From the IMG/VR virus record IMGVR_UViG_3300034104_002622, positions 9,284-73,283 of that record: a DNA stretch of 64,000 nucleotides; one strand, written 5' to 3'. A program made the translations under genes and the position numbers. Below are positions 47,170-54,506 of this stretch, piece after piece. Below the pieces are notes generated by a model. It worked only from the letters and a program-made list of their open reading frames with translations. It had not been told where the DNA came from and did no database searches. Position 1 is the first letter of the stretch. The number at the start of each line of letters is the position of its first letter. This DNA comes from a virus.

Positions 47170-47528
47170 GGTTCTTTGTTCGGGTTGGTTGTCCACTTTC
47201 TAATCGTGCGAAAGAAAGCTTCTGCGCGTTGGGCGGCGGTTGCGGTAATGCACATATCAAAATCCATTTGTGCTTTTGTTACTCCAGCTTCTCGGCGGAT
47301 CGCTTTTTTGATTTGTTGCGTGTATTTCTTTGGGAGATTCGGGTCGCCATAAAGCATTTTCTCGGCTTCGTGCATCGCGTTTAAGTCGTTGCAGTAGTCG
47401 GGAAGCTGGTGAACGTCACGCGATAGACGCGCTTGTGGCGGTCGCCAGTATCGAATCTGTGAATTTCCCACGTGGGAAATCCATCCGCACGACTCAGCGA
47501 TGGCGATTCTTTGCGCTTTTGGTTTCAT
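47166..47528 (-). CDS. ABA-sandwich-like phage protein, copy 1
   Basis: RIAIAESCGW...LPDYCNDLNAMHEAEK...ATAAQRAEAF. Confidence 0.6.
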   Translation of the reverse strand: MKPKAQRIAIAESCGWISHVGNSQIRYWRPPQARLSRDVHQLPDYCNDLNAMHEAEKMLYGDPNLPKKYTQQIKKAIRREAGVTKAQMDFDMCITATAAQRAEAFFRTIRKWTTNPNKEP

Positions 47529-47539
47529 ATTTTTGTAGT

Positions 47540-47671
47540 TCAATATCTCTTTGAGCATCTAGGGCAGATGCCCTGTCCGTGTTTTGTGAACATCAAGGTC
47601 GCCCTGCAATCGCGGCAGAAACCGAGAAACTTGCAGAGTTTTCCGAGGTAGTATCGTAGTTTGTATTTCAT
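47540..47671 (-). CDS. 43-aa Zn-ribbon peptide, copy 2 (not in the ORF track)
   Basis: MKYKLRYYLGKLCKFLGFCRDCRATLMFTKHGQGICPRCSKRY. Confidence 0.7.
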   Translation of the reverse strand: MKYKLRYYLGKLCKFLGFCRDCRATLMFTKHGQGICPRCSKRY

Positions 47672-47689
47672 TGTGATAATTGAATTATA

Positions 47690-47741
47690 ATCGAACAGGT
47701 TGATGCGGTGAACGAAGCGTCACCGATCTTGGCTGTTCTCG
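47690..47741 (+). mobile_element. attC-like site 14 (short family, left end of array C)
   Basis: ATCGAAC-AGGTT-GAT[G]CGGT-GAAC...GTC-ACCGATC-TTGGCT-GTTCTCG. Confidence 0.85.
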
Positions 47742-48025
47742 GAAGAAATTTCCGCAGCCATCTTGTCCATGACAGCTTCAGCCGCCACATGCCCGCGATG
47801 TTTCAGCAGTTGCCGGATGCGGTGCTTTAGCTTGTTTTCGCTGCGTTCGAGCGCCTTGGCGTGTTCCTCCATCTTTTCGAGGTTGTGCCAGTCTTGCCAG
47901 TTGTTCCGCTTTATCTCTTCGGAGAGAGCGGCGGTCTTGGGAGTTTCGCGGAGTCGCTCGGACAAAGAAGACCGAGAACAAGTCGCCGCACGCAACGGGC
48001 TATCACTTTTCAATTTCTTTTTCAT
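47720..48025 (-). CDS. Cassette ORF
   Basis: ATG (MKKKLKSD) in the attC15 loop; ends in attC14 with NSQDR, identical to the end of 43202-43429. Confidence 0.6.
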   Translation of the reverse strand: MKKKLKSDSPLRAATCSRSSLSERLRETPKTAALSEEIKRNNWQDWHNLEKMEEHAKALERSENKLKHRIRQLLKHRGHVAAEAVMDKMAAEISSENSQDR

Positions 48026-48066
48026 GGTCGTTTCAGGTTCGCCCGTGCGTGGGCTAGGCGTTAGCA
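47973..48066 (+). mobile_element. attC-like site 15
   Basis: R'' CGAGAAC ... R' GTTAGCA; CACGCAACGGGC/GCCCGTGCGTG arms. Confidence 0.88.
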
Positions 48067-48329
48067 AGATGAAGTTTCACGTAGTCCATCGCCGCCCGTT
48101 TCGCTTTGTCCTCGGAGAGAGGTTCGTCGTTGCAGGAATTGTAAAGCGGCACACTTTTGCCTCTTGCCACCCAATACCAACCTTGCTTCCCGCTGTGTCG
48201 GCGAGAATACTCGTAGGCGTTGGCGTATTCCTCCCCTCCCATGTTGAGCGAGTGTCCGGGATGACCGCTGCATACACCCGCAAGCCCTGTCGGACGCGGA
48301 TTCTTTTTCCATCTCAATGCCTGTTTCAT
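48054..48329 (-). CDS. Cassette ORF
   Basis: MKQALRWKK...GWYWVA; ends in attC15. Confidence 0.6.
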   Translation of the reverse strand: MKQALRWKKNPRPTGLAGVCSGHPGHSLNMGGEEYANAYEYSRRHSGKQGWYWVARGKSVPLYNSCNDEPLSEDKAKRAAMDYVKLHLANA

Positions 48330-48360
48330 ATTTGTTTGGAGTTTTGGGGTTATTCGGTTT

Positions 48361-48445
48361 CGCTAACAAATCGCCGTATCCAACGGCGGCCAGATCTTTA
48401 TTTTAGTCGGCGTCCTTTCCGCCGTGGATAGGTTCGGCGTACACT
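48361..48445 (+). mobile_element. attC-like site 16 (R' degenerate)
   Basis: R'' CGCTAAC; TATCCAACGGCGG/CCGCCGTGGATA arms; GTA in place of GTT at 48439. Confidence 0.65.
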
Positions 48446-48599
48446 TTTGGACTTCGATGCAAAGCTGTTCGTAAATCATGGTCGCTTTATAAGGGTGTAG
48501 TGTGACCCCTCGGGCTTTGAAATTCGCCACGATTCGGTGGCGTTCTTCCGAGAGAAAACGAATGAGGCTGTCCGGCTACGGGGGCGGTACTGTATTCAT
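48363..48599 (-). pseudogene. Possible interrupted ORF (in-frame TAG at codon 8)
   Basis: MNTVPPP*PDSLIRFLSEERHRIV...; TAG at 48576-48578. Confidence 0.4.
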
Positions 48600-48621
48600 T
48601 TGCTGAATTTTTTTATTGAAA

Positions 48622-49080
48622 TTATACTTTGATAACTAAATGTTCTTTTGAATTGAAAATAGACTCTAATAAATTTTCTAAAGCAATTGAAAGATCTGGG
48701 TTATCAAGCAATGGGTTAGGGCTTTTTAATGATTCTTTAATTTTATTTTTGGTTTCATTTTTATCGAAATATCCAATTGAATCAGCTTTTTGGTATTTTT
48801 CTCCAAGTTTATTGAACAACGAGTCATTCATAACAAATCTGATGCTTACATCTCCCCGGTAATTTACTTCTACTTCAAGTTCGTTTAGTCGCTTTGGGAT
48901 AGCGATTATTGCCTTTTCTTTGATTTCTTCTATGATTTTTTCTTGTTTGATGTTGGCTTCTTCTTTTTGCTTATTGAACTTTTCTTTAGCTTTTACAACT
49001 AAAGCTTCGATAAGTTGAGATTTAGTGGGTTTAGGTTGTGTTTTTTTGATTTTGTTTGGCAGTATTAGTGTTGTATTCAT
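48622..49080 (-). CDS. Hypothetical protein (152 aa, AT-rich)
   Basis: Leftward ORF with A-rich leader. Confidence 0.6.
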   Translation of the reverse strand: MNTTLILPNKIKKTQPKPTKSQLIEALVVKAKEKFNKQKEEANIKQEKIIEEIKEKAIIAIPKRLNELEVEVNYRGDVSIRFVMNDSLFNKLGEKYQKADSIGYFDKNETKNKIKESLKSPNPLLDNPDLSIALENLLESIFNSKEHLVIKV

Positions 49081-49103
49081 ATCGTTTGATTTTATTTTGT
49101 GTT

Positions 49104-49559
49104 TTATTTGGAAAGAGTTTTTACGAAAGCTTCTGCGCGTTGCGCGGCGGTTGCGTCAAGTAAAGTTTCTGCATCCCATTCGTTACGATTTACTTTTCGC
49201 TTTTTTATTATGTTGGCTAAGTGGTCGTTAAAAATACTTCGGAAGCTCCAGTCCATTTCCCAAAGCACTTTTTCCGCTTCGTGCATCGCGTTGAGGTCGC
49301 TGAGGTAGTCGGGTAAGTTTTCTACAACGAAGCATTTTTCTTCTTTGCGAAAAAGCAGGGTTTTAACTGGTTCGTATCCTCCTTGGTAACTATTAAGGGA
49401 GGCGTTCCACGTTGGGACATCGGCGTATTCACGAGTCCACCCACACGCTTCTGCTATGGCTATTCTGATCGCAGATTTGCTGTTTTGCTGGTCGATCTCT
49501 TGCTGGAGTTTGTGCTCTTTGGCCAGACCCATATCATCTTCTTCGGGGAATCCGTTCAT
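49104..49559 (-). CDS. ABA-sandwich-like phage protein, copy 2
   Basis: RIAIAEACGW...LPDYLSDLNAMHEAEK...ATAAQRAEAF. Confidence 0.6.
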   Translation of the reverse strand: MNGFPEEDDMGLAKEHKLQQEIDQQNSKSAIRIAIAEACGWTREYADVPTWNASLNSYQGGYEPVKTLLFRKEEKCFVVENLPDYLSDLNAMHEAEKVLWEMDWSFRSIFNDHLANIIKKRKVNRNEWDAETLLDATAAQRAEAFVKTLSK

Positions 49560-49708
49560 GGTTGGTAGTCTTGGTGTATTTTTGTGTCGTGATCAAAAGA
49601 TTCGTAGATTTCTTTTTTTATTGATTGAATTAATAGTTTTGTATCTTCAATCATTAGTTGCAGTATTAGTATTAGCATTCCTGTTAATGCGAATGTTAGA
49701 GTTATCAT
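49556..49708 (-). CDS. Small membrane peptide (50 aa), not in the ORF track
   Basis: MITLTFALTGMLILILQLMIED...; ATGA-coupled to the next gene. Confidence 0.45.
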   Translation of the reverse strand: MITLTFALTGMLILILQLMIEDTKLLIQSIKKEIYESFDHDTKIHQDYQP

Positions 49709-49829
49709 ATTATATTGTTTTGGGAAAGCGTCTCCCCTAGAAATTCTTTATTTAGCCGAGGCTAAAAACCCAGTAACTAGGGAATTCGAATTGCTAGAGG
49801 AGACATTTACACACACACTGAGAAAGTGA

Positions 49830-50600
49830 TTGCCACTGGAGGTAGAGGGCGAGCTACTTGCGCCTCACTCATTCGTTCCATCTCCAGCGGCAAATTGATT
49901 GCTTCGCCCATGTTCTAGTTAGCATGGCTCAACCTGAGGCTTAGTGACTGCTGCTAAAGTCTACTTATTGCCTACGAAGCAAAGGGGTTTTGGTTGTACA
50001 AGTTACGTCTCCAAGAGTGGGATTGCACCATCTAGTATTCACTGGCATACGCCCTTACTGTTTTCACTTTACAACCAAAATTCATTACGTTTTTGAAAGT
50101 GGCAGTCTTTGTCAGCAATTGGCGTGTGGAGACGCCTACGTTTTACACAGCAACCAAAGAGCTTATCATACTCATTTGGCTCTTTGCACCCGCTCCGTAT
50201 CGTGATTACCGGATGCTGACTCACTGACAAAGACCTTTAGATAGCAGCTTACGGCTGCAAGTCGTAACGACTATGCTCAAACGGTCGTTAAGCGTCAGTG
50301 TGGGAGGAGTATTTTCTGCGTGGCTGCGAGGGCGCATACTCCATGGATATTTCTCACTCTTTAGCCATGACCTCATTTAAGCACCACATCTCAACCTTTG
50401 GTCAGGTCGCTCACGTATCAGACCTCTGCCTACATGCTGTGACTGATAGCTAATCAGTTTGCCAAGGTGGGTTGAATGGGGCTGGCAAGTGTTCTTTTTT
50501 ACCCTAAGTAAGATCGTCAGGTCATGCCCTCACTGCAAAGGCTGAAATGTGGTGACTGCTTACGCCAGTCAATCGAAGTGATGTTTTTTGTAGGCTCACT
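49830..50600 (-). ncRNA. Cluster of candidate structured non-coding RNAs
   Basis: No leftward ORF. Consecutive stem-closed domains at 49830-49893, 49899-49982, 49988-50080, 50105-50234 and 50296-50535. Confidence 0.55.
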
Positions 50601-50617
50601 TATTTATCCCAGATTGT

Positions 50618-50830
50618 TTAGAACAAAGTGTTTGGAGCAAATTTGAATTTATGCCATCCAGCTTTGTGCTTTTCTTGCGCAAGTGCTTTGCGTTCTTTGT
50701 GATCTTGCAACATGGCTTGATGTTTTTCATGCCTGTCTTGACATTTTTGCGGTGTTTCTTTTGCTTTGAATTGCGGAGTCCATTTTGTTATGAATTCGAT
50801 TTTATCGCTGTATTTTACTGGGTTTGTCAT
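50618..50830 (-). CDS. Hypothetical protein
   Basis: 70-aa leftward ORF. Confidence 0.5.
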   Translation of the reverse strand: MTNPVKYSDKIEFITKWTPQFKAKETPQKCQDRHEKHQAMLQDHKERKALAQEKHKAGWHKFKFAPNTLF

Positions 50831-50865
50831 GATTGAGTTGGTTAAAAAAAGTGGAGATGGGAGAG

Positions 50866-51405
50866 TTACCTATTGGTAAGAGTTCTGTATTTTCCGGTTT
50901 TTGACAATTGGTAAGATAGTGATGAAGGGCTAATTCCGTATTTTAATTTTAGTTTTTTGTATCCGAGTCCAGCTTTGTGATCTGCTCGAACTTCCGCCCA
51001 TGTTTCATCTGTGTGACGGCTTGCTGATCTTGATGCTTTTTGTGCGTGAAGTCTTCTTTCTTTTGGGCATCTATCCATTGCATTTTCCGATCCTGTTCCT
51101 AAGCGGATGTTTTGAGGAGTGTTATTTAGGGAGTTCCCATCAAGATGTCTTGTGTGTATGGAATTTTTTAAAGCATCTTCGCCAAATAGCTGAAAAGCTA
51201 GTAGTCGATGCACTTTTACTGGGTAGCGTTTGGAATTACCTATTCCTACGTTGAAAACATAATACGGGATTGGGTTTTGTCCTGTTCCTGATTTTGTGAT
51301 TTGTAGTTTTCGGGTTTTTCCTATTGCATTGCATACACTTCCATCATTCATTACTCGATAGCCTTTCTTGAACGCTATTCTGATTGCTTCTTTTGTTTTA
51401 GACAT
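50866..51405 (-). CDS. HNH homing endonuclease
   Basis: VHRLLA...RHLDGNSLNN...NI..GT.SEN plus a C-terminal HTH. Confidence 0.88.
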   Translation of the reverse strand: MSKTKEAIRIAFKKGYRVMNDGSVCNAIGKTRKLQITKSGTGQNPIPYYVFNVGIGNSKRYPVKVHRLLAFQLFGEDALKNSIHTRHLDGNSLNNTPQNIRLGTGSENAMDRCPKERRLHAQKASRSASRHTDETWAEVRADHKAGLGYKKLKLKYGISPSSLSYQLSKTGKYRTLTNR

Positions 51406-51453
51406 GTTCAAACTTACTTGATTAAGGGTTTGATGCAAGTCTTAATTTGGAAC

Positions 51454-51845
51454 TGGAGCTGGCGGGAGTCGAACCCGCGTCCACAACACTGTTAAATACA
51501 TTTTCTACAAGCTTAGTCCTTTCGGACATTGGGGACGCTGGTTAGGCGACCTTCCACCACTCAGTTTTTACGCCGCTGAGTTGCGTTGTTTGCCTTACTG
51601 TTTCAGGTCATCCGCCCGAAGGCACGGCGTAGGATGATCTTACCCGGTTTGTTTCCCTTCGTAGAGCGAGCGTTTCGGAGGGCGTGTTTTGCTTAGGCTA
51701 CGAGAGCAACTGTGTTGCTTCCGAAGTTTCCGCGAATGACGTTGTTGCCATTTGTTTGTTTTGAGCGGCTTATTAAAGAGGCCAGCCGATCAACCTCTAC
51801 TTGCTTATGTATCCTATCGCGTTGTGTCGAAACCATTACAGCCCC
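51454..51845 (-). ncRNA. ssrA: tmRNA
   Basis: 5' GGGGCTGTAATGGTTTCGAC; 3' GGACGCGGGTTCGACTCCCGCCAGCTCCA; acceptor stem with G3:U pair; tag ORF 51749-51693 GNNVIRGNFGSNTVALVA*. Confidence 0.93.
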
Positions 51846-51862
51846 GTAAGATTGATATTGCT

Positions 51863-51908
51863 AAAAAAAGTGATAGCTCCACCCAAGATTTTGTCAAGGG
51901 TGGAGCTA
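51863..51908 (-). terminator. Intrinsic terminator-like hairpin upstream of tmRNA
   Basis: TAGCTCCACCC/GGGTGGAGCTA stem followed on the minus strand by TCAC and a T7 run; the loop contains TTGACA. Confidence 0.55.
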
Positions 51909-51915
51909 GGTATGA

Positions 51916-52368
51916 TTAGAACGCTACGTCAAGCGATGTTGGAGCTGTGAAAGCTGCGTCCAACTCGTCAAGATCAACGTCTTCAGCTTCTGTGCTGTTG
52001 TCTGGACCGACATAGCGAACTTTGGCTTGGATGCGTCCATTGTATTCTTCGTGTTCGATGCGTAGTGCGCATTTCTGATTTACAATTTGTGCAACGTCTT
52101 TGAAGGACTCGATGCTGAATGCTTCTTTGACTTGTTTTGCTGTGTTTTGCGCTGCTGCTGGTGTCGAGCAATACATTTCGTGGTTCACGATGCGCGTTCC
52201 TGTGTCGCAATCAAGTGCAAGGTGAAGCTTGCCGTTGCGATTACGGCGCATTGCTGCACCAATTACGACTGCATTGTGAATCCCGGGCTTAATAAGTCCG
52301 ATGAACGGTGCGTTGGTGATGTTAGGTGCTGCTGCTGTTTCGATTTGTTCTGTAGTTTCAGTGTTCAT
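51916..52368 (-). CDS. DUF669-like/SSB-like protein
   Basis: LIKPG.H.A...C.L.I.HEEYNG; acidic C-terminus ending VAF. Confidence 0.55.
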   Translation of the reverse strand: MNTETTEQIETAAAPNITNAPFIGLIKPGIHNAVVIGAAMRRNRNGKLHLALDCDTGTRIVNHEMYCSTPAAAQNTAKQVKEAFSIESFKDVAQIVNQKCALRIEHEEYNGRIQAKVRYVGPDNSTEAEDVDLDELDAAFTAPTSLDVAF

Positions 52369-52458
52369 TGTTTTTCCTTTTTGTTTGTTTTAGATTGTGC
52401 GTTGTCGTTGTGTCGCACCCCACTGCTTGTTCTATTTCGTATCTTTTACATACTATAA

Positions 52459-52476
52459 CCTCAAGCGCGAAGCGCT
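52459..52476 (-). promoter_or_regulatory. C-GAA-G triloop hairpin element 4
   Basis: CCTCA-AGCGC-GAA-GCGCT. Confidence 0.55.
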
Positions 52477-52481
52477 CCCGA

Positions 52482-54209
52482 CTAACTCAGGAGTGCGTCG
52501 AGTGTAGAGGCGAATTCTTTTGCTGCGGCTTTTTCACGAATGAGCATACCGAAGCGGTTATGAGTGATGCTGTTTTCTACTGCTTTGCGACGGCGAAGCT
52601 GTTTTGCATCATTTAAGGTGCATGAAATCACTTTGCGGTTCATGTAGCGTGATGGCGACATGATGAACGTGGTTTCAGGCTCAATGTTGTTATCTGGTGC
52701 AATGGTCATGCACGGCAGGGTTTTGACTGGCTCCATCACGGATTTCTCCGTTCTTCCCATTGTCCACATATTGTGGGTTTGGGGATACCAGTAGCGACTT
52801 ACATCTTGGGATGAGGACTCAGTGCAGAATGCGTTGTGCAGTGTTGTGAGGCGTGTAAGGCGCTCAATCTTCTCTTGCATCCATTCGATGATTTGCTCGC
52901 TAAGCTCATTCGGCTCCTGCTTCATGCAACGCTCGATGGTTGCTTTGGCGCTCTCAATGCCTTCGTGGAGGTAGTCCTCGGTGAAGGCTTTGGATTGCGC
53001 GTCTCCCATCGTGATGCCGCTCTCAGACCGCTCTATGACGCTGGAAACAGCGCGGAACAGTTCAAGCTCGTCATCATCTTCGGCAAACTTGGATAGATCA
53101 ATGAAGACTTGATCGTCCTCACGCTGTGGAAAGCAGGTTAGGAACTCTTCTTCTTCGTTCATGAAGTCCACAACTTCGCCGTTTTCGTTCTCAATTGCCA
53201 AGTCTGAGCTTTCGCTGAGTAAGTGGTAATCAAGCTGTGAAAGGCTTAATGGAGCCTGATACGCTTCGTGGCCTTCAGGAATACCCTTGTTGGGGTTGTC
53301 CTGTGTAAGCTCGTTGTTTGCATCAACCCAATAGCTAGATGGTGTGCATTTTGGATTCAACCTCCAGCCGATGTAAACCAGCCAGACGTTGCCTTGCCAT
53401 GCCGATGTGTAGCTTGGGAGCCACTTGTAGCATTGTTCAATCTCACCCTTGTCGTTTGTCCACTCAATGAGCGGTGCTTCTAGGATTTGATTGAGGACTG
53501 CGGTGTCTCCACCTACAGGCACGATTCCTATGCGCGTAGCGATGTTTCTAAGAGCCCTTGACGGATACTTGTTCAGTATCGGAGCCAAGGAGCCTTGCGA
53601 AGCTCCTAGGTTGACGATACGGCCATCTGGGAGCTTCATCGCATAGTAGGCTTCAGCGTGTGCCTTGCCTTTAACTGCTGGTGGCAACTCGTGAATCACC
53701 GAATCAACCCATTGGAACCGATCTCCAACCTTTTCCTTTTTAGCCACGGCTAAATTAGCATAGTTGGATGGTGTTTGATGCTTGGATTGTTCTGCTTTCC
53801 ACGCTTTGCGCGACTTTACCGACTCAACTGCGTAGCAAGCTGCTGCCAGCCTGTCTTCTACGCTTTCAAGTCCTTCTTTGGCACGGTCAATGATGGCAAT
53901 CTCATCTTTCTCCAGCCCGTAACGGCCAAAGTTGCGATAGATCATCAGCTTTTGCTGCCACATTGCGTTTGCGAGCTGCCGGGATTCGGCAAATTTCGCC
54001 ATTTCATCAGCCATTGAACTCATCACTGGGTCGTTGGCGATTAGTTCATTCAGTGGCACTCGCGGTGCAAGCTGGATAAACGGTGCTGGTTTGATGAAGT
54101 TGCGAGCGAACGCTTCTTCCAGTTGGCACACGATGTCGTGTGGGGTGACGCTATTCTCTGCCAGAGCGTCAATTGCGGCGTTAGGATATGCTGTAACCGA
54201 TTTTGTCAT
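52482..54209 (-). CDS. Large hypothetical early protein (about 575 aa)
   Basis: Long ORF (ATG at 54209 or 54245); acidic central stretch; no motif recognised. Confidence 0.75.
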   Translation of the reverse strand: MTKSVTAYPNAAIDALAENSVTPHDIVCQLEEAFARNFIKPAPFIQLAPRVPLNELIANDPVMSSMADEMAKFAESRQLANAMWQQKLMIYRNFGRYGLEKDEIAIIDRAKEGLESVEDRLAAACYAVESVKSRKAWKAEQSKHQTPSNYANLAVAKKEKVGDRFQWVDSVIHELPPAVKGKAHAEAYYAMKLPDGRIVNLGASQGSLAPILNKYPSRALRNIATRIGIVPVGGDTAVLNQILEAPLIEWTNDKGEIEQCYKWLPSYTSAWQGNVWLVYIGWRLNPKCTPSSYWVDANNELTQDNPNKGIPEGHEAYQAPLSLSQLDYHLLSESSDLAIENENGEVVDFMNEEEEFLTCFPQREDDQVFIDLSKFAEDDDELELFRAVSSVIERSESGITMGDAQSKAFTEDYLHEGIESAKATIERCMKQEPNELSEQIIEWMQEKIERLTRLTTLHNAFCTESSSQDVSRYWYPQTHNMWTMGRTEKSVMEPVKTLPCMTIAPDNNIEPETTFIMSPSRYMNRKVISCTLNDAKQLRRRKAVENSITHNRFGMLIREKAAAKEFASTLDALLS

Positions 54210-54256
54210 GTTATCATCCTTTCTATTTTGTCCATACACTCGCATGGACGCTGGTA

Positions 54257-54274
54257 TCTCAAGCGCGAAGCGCT
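54257..54274 (-). promoter_or_regulatory. C-GAA-G triloop hairpin element 5
   Basis: TCTCA-AGCGC-GAA-GCGCT. Confidence 0.55.
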
Positions 54275-54506
54275 CGAAACCCAGTCCTATCGCCTCTCAG
54301 TGTGAACCAAGAGACGAATGGACTAGGCTTTAGTTAGGCTAAATACTGATTTAGGTCGTGGTGCTTCCTTAGCGATCTTAGTAGCAGTAGTTCCTTGGCG
54401 AGCTTGTTTCTAAGTGATGGTTTTTTTGGGTTGGTAGCTAGATTAGCTCTAGCTTCTTTTACCATTTGCCTGTGGTGGTGCTTTACGTAGTGGTAGTCTT
54501 TTGGAC

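Noticed and set aside
43170-48445. CRISPR array interpretation of the repeated elements
   Set aside because: The repeats differ in sequence and length, are separated by 130-350 bp coding segments, and match attC architecture; no cas operon is present
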